Below the pieces are notes generated by a model. The model did not search any database and had not been told where the DNA came from. It worked only from the letters and a program-made list of their open reading frames with translations. From the sequence record MT161459.1: a stretch of DNA of 64,000 nt. One strand, given 5' to 3'. Numbering within the stretch: position 1 is the stretch's first letter; each line of letters opens with the position of its first letter. Of the stretch, positions 29,102-38,705 are shown piece by piece. A program made the translations under genes and the position numbers.

Positions 29102-32100
29102 TTAGTTGACAAACTCGAAGAATACATCGCCTTCTTTCGGGTTTGCTGGTTTATCGGTTGCGAAGTTGCCGTAGTAATATGACTCGGTCCAAGCTCCGTC
29201 GCGTCTTGAGAATCGTTTACCGTTCTTCGGCGCTTCGTATGCATTGGATGTCATTACTATATCTCCATTCACCGTTACTGCACTCTTAGAGTTGATCACG
29301 GTGTCTGCAACAATATCCCCAATAACAACTTGGTTGTTACTAGCTCCGTTGTCGGCGATAGCAATCACGTTAACATCAACTCTGTCCAACATTCCGCGAA
29401 TGCTGGTGCGTTGACTTTCGGACGGCTGTGCGAGGGCAAACGACATTACCTTACCATTTAGCTTGGTATACGAAGCAGCGTTGCTCAGATCTACAACTGT
29501 GTCGGATCCTTGAACGGAAGCGCTACCGACAACTACTCCAGCAGCCTTGTAACTCTTGCCGGCGTTGATCGACACATCAGCATCTGGGTTGACCCCGTTG
29601 AATATCTGCGTCCATGAGTTGTTGCGTCTTGCGTAGTACTTCTGATCGTTCGGAGCATCAATACCATCGTGCCACACTCTATGAGTTGCCTCACCGATGG
29701 TAACGCTTGGAACTGTTGCGAAGATCGTTGGAGCCTTGATGTCACCAATAACCAGCTTGTCGGTCAGCATAGTCAGGATATTGACGTCCTGGCTCAGGAT
29801 ACGACCGGTTATTTTGGTCCCTTCCGCCATCTTAACGTTGTCCAGCGTACCACCAATCGTGACTTTCCGGTTGGTTTTATCGCCGATCACAATCTCGCCA
29901 GTCGGAGCTGCGTAGATGATGTCTACTACACCGCCGTTGGTGTTCCCAGTCAGTTTCATTGCACTTTGCAGTGCAATACTCTGAGCGCCAACCAGATCCC
30001 ACTTACCAACTCCAGCCTTGCAAACGCGAGTGTATTGCATTCCGTTGTTTGGAGCTTCTTCGCCAATTCCGCCGCCACCGCCACCTGGGTTGAACGCTGT
30101 CCACGCATGGTCTTTGCGAGCGTAGAATGCGCCATCTGCTGGAGCATCCAGTCCGTCGTGCCACACTTTGTGATCGAAGTTGCTACCACGAATATGGACA
30201 GACGATAGATCGTCTCCCTGAGCACGAATCACAGTCTTGTGAGAATCGTTTCCGACGACCAACTCATCCGACACGTTGATAGCCATCAAACTTACGGCAT
30301 TGCCATCAGTATCGCGACTAGCAATACTGCTACCAGCTGCGATTGTCAGATCCGCAATATCACTACGCACAGACATCGGGATCTTAGTGTCGCCGAGATC
30401 CAACCGAGAACCTGCAGTGTTGTTGCGAACGATGTTATACGTGGTAGTTCTTCCATCAGATCCGGAAATTGCAGTATCTGCAGTCATCTCAAATCCAACG
30501 CGCGGATCGATGTCTTGTACGAACTCAGCGAGGTTGCCGGTGTGCAGCATTTCTTTGGTTTCTGCGCCGTAGGTCACGGTCATGGACTCGCCATCAGCTA
30601 CACGGAAGTCGATCGAGCTGCGCTTGATCGTCAACTTATCGGTCGTTGCGTCGATAGCAGGCAATCCGCCAAATGTAATGGACGTTGCATCCAACGGCTC
30701 GACCAGCTTGCCGCGGATTGCTATGTCTGTCGCCGATTGGCCAATCACGATCAGGTTGGGCTTCGATTCGCGAGCTTCGTGAGATACCAGCACAACGCCT
30801 TGTGGAGTTCTCAGAGTTCTAGTTGCGCCAACCACGATGTCATTATTGAACGCATCGACCCACTCCCACTTACTATTCACAAACTTACGAACGTATGACG
30901 CGTCAACGTTCTGCGCAGTTGGATCGAGAATGAAACCACTACCAGCGATATACGGTTTGTACATCCGGTCGTACATCAAACGCCCAGCCTCTCCGACCCC
31001 AATTTGTTGGTATTCGGTATCAGCGACGTCTTTAGTACCGCGGATAACTTCCTTCAACCCAGTTTTGGGAGTATCGATCGTCTCGCTAAAGTTTTTCAGT
31101 TTTGGAGTGTGATCCAAGTTAACTACGTCACTCAAAGATTTCAGGATGCCATCATGGCGATCGTAGTCATTAGCTTGTTTGAGGACCTGAGTTGCTAAGT
31201 CGCCACGCAGGCCGTCAGTTGGGCTTAGACCAACCAAACCTTCGAGGTTTGCAACCTTTTCTTGGCTGATCTCAATCTCTTGCCAAGCGGTCTTTTGACT
31301 GACTGTCGGCTTCCCGACGTTGTATTTCAGCTCGATAATATCCCGCTGAGCGGTAAACAGATCGGTCTGGTTGGCACCAACGTCTCCGCGTACAGATCGC
31401 GTATATTCCCAGATGTTGTTGACTGTAATCTGTTCCCCAGCGCGGTTGTTGTAAACCATTGGGAATCCCGCGGTATTAACAGCCACGTCTAACCGTGCAA
31501 TATCCTTAGACCCTTCGTCAGCATGCAGCTCGGTTGCAGTCAATCGGTCGTAGATTGTCTTCCCTTCGATGGCAGATGTCGTCGGACCCATCTCGTTACG
31601 CAGATCGCGAGTGTTTCGGATTAGTACATCTGGCGTATCGCCATCCCACCACTTTTCCAAACCGGTAATACGTGTCTCATGGTTGGTAATGGTTTCCCAG
31701 TCGCGTTCTACTTGACCTTTGACTCCAAGTCCTGGAGCGTCTACATCTGGATTGCCGTTGACGTCAAACCCTTTGTAGTTACCCAACATGGTCTTGATGT
31801 TGCGAATCTCTTGGCGTACGTTAGCTTTTGGCTCAGTTGGTTCCTGAGTCCCGATATCTACTTTGATTCCAGCAACGTTGCCGTCAGTGACAGCCAGCGC
31901 ATCGTGAACCTCAGTGACCTGGAGCTTCAACTCAGCTTCCGATTTCTCAACGGCAGTGACTCGATCGTATATGTTAGTGCCATCACCGGTAGCGTTGATG
32001 ATCTCGTCGTGTACGTTGATCAGATCAACTACTTTATCCAGCACGCCTTTGGATACGTTGATGTTGTCGTTCAAGGTAGTGACGTTGACTTGGACCTTAA

Positions 32101-32263
32101 CCGACCCGCGGTTCAGCGCACCTTCGTTGGTTAGTGCACTGTCAGCTCCATCTAGTTCCTCCCCGTCTTGGATCCAGTCAATACGAGATTGGCCTGCTGC
32201 TGGCAGGCCATCTACATACGGTAACTGGTGCAAATCTTTTTTCTCAATCGTCATAGATTTCAC
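29102..32263 (-). CDS. wac: Fibritin Wac, extended with multiple foldon-like repeats
   Basis: N-terminus LPYVDGLP..GQSRIDWIQDGE.L.GA...NEG.LNR, coiled coil, and APxDGxxYxRKxxxW repeats. Confidence 0.9.
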   Translation of the reverse strand: MKSMTIEKKDLHQLPYVDGLPAAGQSRIDWIQDGEELDGADSALTNEGALNRGSVKVQVNVTTLNDNINVSKGVLDKVVDLINVHDEIINATGDGTNIYDRVTAVEKSEAELKLQVTEVHDALAVTDGNVAGIKVDIGTQEPTEPKANVRQEIRNIKTMLGNYKGFDVNGNPDVDAPGLGVKGQVERDWETITNHETRITGLEKWWDGDTPDVLIRNTRDLRNEMGPTTSAIEGKTIYDRLTATELHADEGSKDIARLDVAVNTAGFPMVYNNRAGEQITVNNIWEYTRSVRGDVGANQTDLFTAQRDIIELKYNVGKPTVSQKTAWQEIEISQEKVANLEGLVGLSPTDGLRGDLATQVLKQANDYDRHDGILKSLSDVVNLDHTPKLKNFSETIDTPKTGLKEVIRGTKDVADTEYQQIGVGEAGRLMYDRMYKPYIAGSGFILDPTAQNVDASYVRKFVNSKWEWVDAFNNDIVVGATRTLRTPQGVVLVSHEARESKPNLIVIGQSATDIAIRGKLVEPLDATSITFGGLPAIDATTDKLTIKRSSIDFRVADGESMTVTYGAETKEMLHTGNLAEFVQDIDPRVGFEMTADTAISGSDGRTTTYNIVRNNTAGSRLDLGDTKIPMSVRSDIADLTIAAGSSIASRDTDGNAVSLMAINVSDELVVGNDSHKTVIRAQGDDLSSVHIRGSNFDHKVWHDGLDAPADGAFYARKDHAWTAFNPGGGGGGIGEEAPNNGMQYTRVCKAGVGKWDLVGAQSIALQSAMKLTGNTNGGVVDIIYAAPTGEIVIGDKTNRKVTIGGTLDNVKMAEGTKITGRILSQDVNILTMLTDKLVIGDIKAPTIFATVPSVTIGEATHRVWHDGIDAPNDQKYYARRNNSWTQIFNGVNPDADVSINAGKSYKAAGVVVGSASVQGSDTVVDLSNAASYTKLNGKVMSFALAQPSESQRTSIRGMLDRVDVNVIAIADNGASNNQVVIGDIVADTVINSKSAVTVNGDIVMTSNAYEAPKNGKRFSRRDGAWTESYYYGNFATDKPANPKEGDVFFEFVN

Positions 32264-32283
32264 CTTATTGGTTGTAATACTTG

Positions 32284-32290
32284 TATTTAG
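32284..32290 (-). promoter_or_regulatory. Late promoter CTAAATA for wac
   Basis: Intergenic between gp12 and wac. Confidence 0.75.
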
Positions 32291-32293
32291 CTA

Positions 32294-33604
32294 TCACGCA
32301 ATGGTATACTTGACGCCAAATATGTTCCATATGTAGCTATTCTCCGCATGTGGAATGAACGTTCTGCCGGATGCGTCAAAGTGTCCGTACCAGAACAATC
32401 CTTCGCAAGGGAGAAGGTTGATTTCGCCGTATCGATTCATCATGCTCTCGATCTGCTGCTTGCTGAACTTGTTGGAGTTGTAATACCCACGTCCATCTGC
32501 ACCACCTTCGACAACAATAGCATCGAAGTTCCACCACGGTTGGTTCATAGTGAATTTACCGCGATCCAAAGGTCCGGCCCAAATGTGAGTCCAGCTCTCG
32601 ACGAGGGTACCGTGGCCGTGGCCATTTGGAGATCTGGTTCCCACTTGCCCATCCACATAGTCTTTGCGCGTTAAAGCGTCTCCGCGTCCACTTTGTCCAA
32701 CAGCTGAATACACGTTAGTTGTGACCAGATCGCCAGCCATCGAATCGCCGTAACGATTGATGAATAGCGTAGCTCCATGAGCAGACAATGCTTTGTTGGT
32801 GACATTAGCTGCAGCTCCATGTAAGAGTGCTGTGATCCCATACTGGCTATCCGATGCGATTGGCATAGTTGCTGGAGAAATAGCTACATCTCCGAGAGAT
32901 CTTGCGTTGGCTTCAGCTTGAGTAGCCATTCGAATGGTACCAACTTGGGATTGGGACGCTCTCGTGTTGATGAATCCTTTCGGAGTCACTGCATATCCTT
33001 CGTGCAGAGCTGCGTTCGTGATCGGAGATGCTGCGTTCTTGACTGTCCCAGAAGTTGTCTCCGATGCACCGCTGATTGACGTCACGGCGAATGTGTCAAT
33101 TGCCGCCTTTACCTTCATTGGAGTCATTGCAGTTGTATCGTCAACGCCACCCTTCGCTGCAGTCAATGTTGATATGGACATCGTACCACGTTTGCCCTCC
33201 GTAGGAATGGACTTGGTTCGCAGAACGTCCCATAATGTGGATGTGCTCACAGACAGATCGATCTTAGCAGCAGCTTCCTCGCGTTCCGCTACGGTGCTAT
33301 ATCGAACCAGACCGTATACCGATTCGGTAGCATTCGGGCGCGACATCTTGGTGTGTAACGTGAACGGTGTGACAATCTTAGTCTTGTCGGTACCGGCCAA
33401 CACTTCGTCTAGTGTAGCCAACTCGCCGATCCCACTCGCGGTTTCGGTTGCAATTGGAAGTGGCTTGGTTGCATGAGCGCTGATGGCATTAGCCATCAGC
33501 TGGAGGTCAATAATCGTGGGTCCAAATGCTGCGGTTTTGGTCGGATCCAGAATAACCGCGTCAGCTTTCGAGCTAATATGCTGACTGTTGTTGTTCGCTC
33601 TCAA
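32294..33604 (-). CDS. gp12: Short tail fibre gp12
   Basis: MRANNNSQHIS..A..V, repeated ASET.xG.xxxAT..E motifs. Position between gp11 and wac. Confidence 0.9.
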   Translation of the reverse strand: MRANNNSQHISSKADAVILDPTKTAAFGPTIIDLQLMANAISAHATKPLPIATETASGIGELATLDEVLAGTDKTKIVTPFTLHTKMSRPNATESVYGLVRYSTVAEREEAAAKIDLSVSTSTLWDVLRTKSIPTEGKRGTMSISTLTAAKGGVDDTTAMTPMKVKAAIDTFAVTSISGASETTSGTVKNAASPITNAALHEGYAVTPKGFINTRASQSQVGTIRMATQAEANARSLGDVAISPATMPIASDSQYGITALLHGAAANVTNKALSAHGATLFINRYGDSMAGDLVTTNVYSAVGQSGRGDALTRKDYVDGQVGTRSPNGHGHGTLVESWTHIWAGPLDRGKFTMNQPWWNFDAIVVEGGADGRGYYNSNKFSKQQIESMMNRYGEINLLPCEGLFWYGHFDASGRTFIPHAENSYIWNIFGVKYTIA

Positions 33605-34575
33605 GATATTCTCTCCCAGTAATAAAGCGTGCTGACTTTCTTATCTAGATCTGTGATGGGGACCTCTGCAAACTTCCGCCATTGTCCGTATCCAAACGCT
33701 GCTGGAGATGATACAACTCCACTCATGGTGACGTTGAACTGTGTCCAGAATTGGGGGACGTGCGACGCGTGATCTCGATGACGGAATGCGATGCCATCAG
33801 AACCAACCGTCTCAACATTTTTGACGTATTTGCCAGAGGCCTCCATGTCAGTCAGAATGGCCAGAGCTGCATCTCGCACTTGCGTCGCGATGGCAGAGTC
33901 TGGTAGACTCACTCGACGACCAAAAATGTTCATTTGAACTGGTTGCCCAGAGATTGGCGATTTGACGGTCCCAGCAAATGTCAGGATTGTTTGCTGAGCG
34001 TTACCGCTCGGATCGATGTTGTTTCTGTTGATGATAACTGATTTGATTGGCATCATCATGCCGCTAGCAATCCCAACGATTGCAGCTTGTACGTTAGGAT
34101 GATCGATGTGATCTGAAGCATCGTCGAGGGTTGCTGTCCCCAAACCCATGTTCAAGAATATGTTGGACAACGCTGGGTCCAATTCGAACTCTGAGTGGCG
34201 AGCCAATCGAGATCTGATGTTTGCAGCATCTCGAGTTTTCGATCCACTCGCTTTCGTCCGACCCTCGAACATAGTTGCTTTTGCTGTCGTCGAGATGAGC
34301 TCGGTGACTTTCACTCCAGCGTTCGTATAATCAGTTATGACACAGCGGAACCAGTTAGTTCCATAAGGTCCCGTCATTGACGGAAGAACCGTCAATGACA
34401 TGGTCTCAGCGCTAGGGTGCTGAATAGCAGCCCACGCTGTGGTTCCAGGAGCGGTGTACTCCCAACGATATTTGAGATATCCGCCTGGACTATCGGTATG
34501 AGCACCTACGCTCATACCGATCTTGCTCGATTTCGCGAACGTCATGCTCGCAGGTTGTTGGTATATTGTGATCAT
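33601..34575 (-). CDS. gp11: Baseplate wedge gp11 with an N-terminal Ig-like extension
   Basis: C-terminal ~220 aa resembles gp11 (IRSRLA.H.EF, NIDPSG.AQQ...F.GTV, GYGQW...YYWERIS). Start moved to the ATGA-coupled ATG at 34575. Confidence 0.85.
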   Translation of the reverse strand: MITIYQQPASMTFAKSSKIGMSVGAHTDSPGGYLKYRWEYTAPGTTAWAAIQHPSAETMSLTVLPSMTGPYGTNWFRCVITDYTNAGVKVTELISTTAKATMFEGRTKASGSKTRDAANIRSRLARHSEFELDPALSNIFLNMGLGTATLDDASDHIDHPNVQAAIVGIASGMMMPIKSVIINRNNIDPSGNAQQTILTFAGTVKSPISGQPVQMNIFGRRVSLPDSAIATQVRDAALAILTDMEASGKYVKNVETVGSDGIAFRHRDHASHVPQFWTQFNVTMSGVVSSPAAFGYGQWRKFAEVPITDLDKKVSTLYYWERIS

Positions 34576-36722
34576 AGAACCCTTACCCAAATGTTGACCG
34601 TGATGAACGGTTGAAGGTTATTCATTGCATTGGCGACCTCGCCTGGACGGAATTTAACTTGATCCTCACGATACCGCTTGAATCCAGGACCATCATCATC
34701 CGGATCGAATTGGCATCCGCCGATCAATACATCACCCACTGGATCTGCGATCAACGCTTTCTCGTTACTGACTAGAGGAGGAAGGTTGGTCGTCAGAATA
34801 GTGTTTCCGATCGATCCGCCAGTTCCGCCCGCCGAGTGTCTCGGATTGCCGTTAAGATCCTTGTCGTTGTTGTTCAACCCAAAGTTTGGATCATTCGGGT
34901 TGGATTCGTTCCATGATACCAGAACTTTGCCTTCTCCAAATCTACGCCATTCTCCAAATCCCATGTAGGCTTTGGGGTTGTTCGGGTTGTTGGCATTCAT
35001 GTAGATTGATCCGACTGGGTACATCGACATCATGATACTGCTTACATCATGGATCCGAACCTTGACCTCATCGTCCGGATCGTCGCGCGCAGTAGTTGCA
35101 CTTGGATTGTTGACGTCCACATATTCGATCTTATCGACTCGACTCACGAGCTGTTCACTCACTAGATATCGAGCGTCAGCCTTTTCTTGGATTCCGCCAG
35201 CGCCATCCCAATCGAGAGTGGTTCCGATATCGTTATTGAACCAGCGGATACACACGATGTCTTCGTGATGCAGCTCTTCGTTGATGATAAACTCGCGCCA
35301 CCGATCATTCAGATCCATCGCAACGCTGAAGTCGCCGCCAGATTGAACCCACGCACCACCCTGGGAGATACATTGGACTTCATCGGACGCGTCAGCTCCC
35401 TCGCAGATAAACGCTGGAAGATCCGCATCACCAGCCTTCGTCAGATGACGACCGTTGACCGTTACCTCGAAGCTGAATGGGTTGAAAGTCTCGCGTTCGA
35501 GCAGATCGAACTCATCCAAACTGAATCGAACCTTATTCGGAAGATCGCCGACCCAACGCTGACCAGCAATAGTTGTGATATCAGTCGGAGCCATCTTGAC
35601 GTCATACATCCGGATCGTGTACCGTTGATACGAGCTACGATACGTTGCAAGTCCGTCCATGTATGTCACGATGGTGATGACGTCACCACGATCGCAAGGC
35701 TCATTCAGACGGATGGTTTTGCCATCCAGCACATCCAGCTTATAAACGCTGAATTTGTACGTCTGAGCTGTTGCAGACTTCAACTTCGTTGCTAGTCCAG
35801 CATCGTTGCCGATATACTCCTGAGTGCTCTCATCGTATTGCAGGAATGCTTTGTTAAGCGCATCCACGACGATGAAAATGACATCGGCGTCCATCGGTTT
35901 AGCGCCGGCGGTAAACTTGACTCGAATTGAGTTGGTCGTCTTTTCCGCAGCAAATTTGATGATGGTTGTCGATTCCAATACGCTTTTGGTAATGGATCCA
36001 AACAATCCAGCCCAGTATCCAACATACCCATTAGTTCCACCTGCTGAGGTAATTGTGATGTCAGCAGGAACCGGAGTTCGGTTGGTCATGGAACCGTAGT
36101 CGGAGTCCTCGTTGATCTTGTCTCCGTAGTACAGCAGGTTACCACGACGGTATACCTCGATAGCTCCTGGATTGTAACTGGATGAGAAGATGTCTGTGAA
36201 GTCTGTCTGACCTGCCGTAGCGATGATCTCCTTCTTGGCTACGGTACTCAGATCGGAACTAGTGATCCCAGTTACCAACTTGTTGTCTGCATACTCCCAC
36301 TTACCAGGAGTGCAGTAGACGAGCTCAGCATCCAAGTAGTTGCGCCACAGTTTGTGAGACGTATTAGATCCCTTGATCGTGTCAGATCCGCCTGGGATCA
36401 ATCGAACTGCGTTGACGGCCCAAGAACCGTTGACGTCTCGAACGCGGATGACCCGACCATAGTCGGATGGTTTGCCGGTTGGCAATTTCACATCAACCGG
36501 TCCGCGAGTAGTGTCGATCGTATACGCTGCACCGAAGTTGACAGTCAATGGAACTGCTGGATCGGAATAACGCTTCCAGTATCCTGCAGCATGAGGAACT
36601 AGACCATCACCTAGTTCCGAGTAAAGCTCTTGGAAGTTATTGTTGATTTTTTCGCCACCACGACGCATGTAGTCGCCAGTACCGTCATCAACAACGTTCC
36701 CGATTATAATATTCTGTTTCAA
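34572..36722 (-). CDS. gp10: Baseplate wedge / tail pin gp10
   Basis: MKQNIIIGNVVDDGTGDYMRRGGEKINNNF, MYPVGSIYMNA.NPNNP..YMGFG.W, NLQPFITVNIWVRV. Confidence 0.96.
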   Translation of the reverse strand: MKQNIIIGNVVDDGTGDYMRRGGEKINNNFQELYSELGDGLVPHAAGYWKRYSDPAVPLTVNFGAAYTIDTTRGPVDVKLPTGKPSDYGRVIRVRDVNGSWAVNAVRLIPGGSDTIKGSNTSHKLWRNYLDAELVYCTPGKWEYADNKLVTGITSSDLSTVAKKEIIATAGQTDFTDIFSSSYNPGAIEVYRRGNLLYYGDKINEDSDYGSMTNRTPVPADITITSAGGTNGYVGYWAGLFGSITKSVLESTTIIKFAAEKTTNSIRVKFTAGAKPMDADVIFIVVDALNKAFLQYDESTQEYIGNDAGLATKLKSATAQTYKFSVYKLDVLDGKTIRLNEPCDRGDVITIVTYMDGLATYRSSYQRYTIRMYDVKMAPTDITTIAGQRWVGDLPNKVRFSLDEFDLLERETFNPFSFEVTVNGRHLTKAGDADLPAFICEGADASDEVQCISQGGAWVQSGGDFSVAMDLNDRWREFIINEELHHEDIVCIRWFNNDIGTTLDWDGAGGIQEKADARYLVSEQLVSRVDKIEYVDVNNPSATTARDDPDDEVKVRIHDVSSIMMSMYPVGSIYMNANNPNNPKAYMGFGEWRRFGEGKVLVSWNESNPNDPNFGLNNNDKDLNGNPRHSAGGTGGSIGNTILTTNLPPLVSNEKALIADPVGDVLIGGCQFDPDDDGPGFKRYREDQVKFRPGEVANAMNNLQPFITVNIWVRVL

Positions 36723-37651
36723 GATAAGCCTCCGATTGCTTCGATCGCTTTAATGTAGACGTCGATAGCTAGTGTGCCGATGTTCTTCACGACCAACTTC
36801 ACCTGAGTTCCGCTGACGATGTACTCACTCTCGTACAGCAGATCGCTCTTCGAGTTGGCGGTTGGCGCGGTGCGAATTCTGGCGTATTCCGTTGAATACA
36901 CGTTAGTGTCTGGTCCACTGTTATTTACCATCAGCAGAACTTCGCTCGCCTCTTGACGAATGTTGGACCCGCGTTCAGTTACGTGAATCAAGTGCTTGGT
37001 CAAGTTGTATTGCGACTTGTTGAACAGCACAACTTCTTTGGTAGTGCCAGCAGCAATGTTGGAGATCGTCGTCTGGTAAGGAATGCTGGTGTCCCCAATA
37101 ACGCTATCCATTTTGAACGCCCAGTGGGATCCAGTTGGACTAGATTTATCGACCCACAACCGGAGATGGAAGTAGGATTTTTGCAGCTTCATCTGAGTAC
37201 CAGCTAGCCCAATGCTATCACCAGACCCCGATGTACGGATCGTCACTTCTTTACCAGCGCCTAGACCGATAGATCCATCAATGTTAATGAAATCGATGTA
37301 CTCGCCAGCGTGACCATTCCCAGCTGGAAGTGTGACAATCAAGTCACCTGCACCATCTCGCGTTACGGATAGATCGTGCATGGATCCAAAATCAACGGGG
37401 TTTCCGCTTGGGTTTTCTTGACCGGAGTAGTACGACCGAGTATGCTTCTGGTAATATCCACCGGAGTGGATAGTCATCTGTTGGTTGCCTTGGTTTGCAT
37501 CGGCACGGAAGATGCGATAGTCTCCAAACGCGTTATAAAGACTATTCAAGTTGCGGTTGATGCTCGTACCACCTTGGTACAGAGTGTCGCCAGTGCCTTC
37601 AACGCCCTCATCGCCAGTATCAACGAGGATCTTTGGTTGTTGTATTGACAT
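36719..37651 (-). CDS. gp9: Baseplate wedge / long-tail-fibre connector gp9
   Basis: QQPKILVDTG.EG..GTGDTLYQGG..IN.N...LYNAFGD, IHSGGYYQKH. Confidence 0.93.
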   Translation of the reverse strand: MSIQQPKILVDTGDEGVEGTGDTLYQGGTSINRNLNSLYNAFGDYRIFRADANQGNQQMTIHSGGYYQKHTRSYYSGQENPSGNPVDFGSMHDLSVTRDGAGDLIVTLPAGNGHAGEYIDFINIDGSIGLGAGKEVTIRTSGSGDSIGLAGTQMKLQKSYFHLRLWVDKSSPTGSHWAFKMDSVIGDTSIPYQTTISNIAAGTTKEVVLFNKSQYNLTKHLIHVTERGSNIRQEASEVLLMVNNSGPDTNVYSTEYARIRTAPTANSKSDLLYESEYIVSGTQVKLVVKNIGTLAIDVYIKAIEAIGGLS

Positions 37652-37676
37652 GTTAATTCCTTCAGTGGTTTATATG

Positions 37677-37683
37677 TATTTAG
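37677..37683 (-). promoter_or_regulatory. Late promoter CTAAATA for gp9
   Basis: Intergenic between gp8 and gp9. Confidence 0.75.
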
Positions 37684-37694
37684 CAACAGACAAT

Positions 37695-37718
37695 AAAAAA
37701 CCCACCGAAGTGGGTTTT
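37695..37718 (-). terminator. Intrinsic terminator after gp8
   Basis: On the minus strand AAAACCCAC-TTCG-GTGGGTTTTTT. Confidence 0.85.
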
Positions 37719-37720
37719 GA

Positions 37721-38704
37721 TTAGAACTCGAACACCAAGTTGAATTCTTCAGTCTGGTCCCGAGAGCGGATGATCGGCTGTCGGTTTTCCATGTAGATCA
37801 TCTCGCCACTATGACGCTCCAGCTGAGCTGGTAGATAGTTGCGAGCTGTTGCCTTGACGTCTTTATCGTTCGGAGATGCCTTGCGCAAGATTGGATCCAG
37901 AACCACTGACATCTGCCGGAAGCCTTCGTTACCAATTCTCGACGCATCTTGGAAGTAGATGCTGTCGATATACGCTCGGAAGCGTATTGTGTTGCATCGC
38001 ATACGATAGATCAGATCATACTTGGCTGGATACCATCTCAGAACATGCTCGTACCCCCATCGAACTGGATTTGCCATTAGCTCCTGTGGGGTTGGGATAA
38101 TGATATGCTCGTTGGTGCACTCGTTGATAGCTACATCCGGAGGGATCATATACATGTACTCCCAGAGGTATCCGTCCTTCATGTCAACTGCATCGCTCTT
38201 GCCAACTGGCAGTAGGGATTGACGCGATGGAGTCCAACTACCACCAACCGCAAGACACTTGGCCTTCTCGGTAATAGCCTTGATCGAGCACGATCCAACG
38301 TCCGGCACATCCACACAGCGGTATACAAACCACCCACTACCGATCTCAGTACGGTTGTACGGTGCGCTGTTAGTTACAACGATGTCTCCTATGTGGAACG
38401 TGAACGGATCTGAGAACCGCTGATCGCCCCAGTCATCCCGAGGGACAACTGGGCGCAACATTTCTTGTTGGATCTTGACTAGACCTAGCATTCGACTCCA
38501 CATATCAGAGATCCCAGGGGTGGAGTCGTCTGGATACGGAGGAGCGAAGTTGGGTTCTGTCTCATTCTCTGCCCATCGTTCAGATCGACCAAAACTCGCA
38601 TAGATTGTATGCTTGCCTTCGGGGTCTCCGATCGAGTTATAGAAGTTGAGCAAGTTCTCAGTTCGGAACTTGCTCGTGATAATAGAACGGTAAATTACTG
38701 ACAT
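37721..38704 (-). CDS. gp8: Baseplate wedge gp8
   Basis: IYRSIITSKFRTENL, PPYP, DGYLWEYMY.IP, SGEMIYMENRQPI. Start set at ATG 38704. Confidence 0.96.
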   Translation of the reverse strand: MSVIYRSIITSKFRTENLLNFYNSIGDPEGKHTIYASFGRSERWAENETEPNFAPPYPDDSTPGISDMWSRMLGLVKIQQEMLRPVVPRDDWGDQRFSDPFTFHIGDIVVTNSAPYNRTEIGSGWFVYRCVDVPDVGSCSIKAITEKAKCLAVGGSWTPSRQSLLPVGKSDAVDMKDGYLWEYMYMIPPDVAINECTNEHIIIPTPQELMANPVRWGYEHVLRWYPAKYDLIYRMRCNTIRFRAYIDSIYFQDASRIGNEGFRQMSVVLDPILRKASPNDKDVKATARNYLPAQLERHSGEMIYMENRQPIIRSRDQTEEFNLVFEF

Positions 38705-38705
38705 C

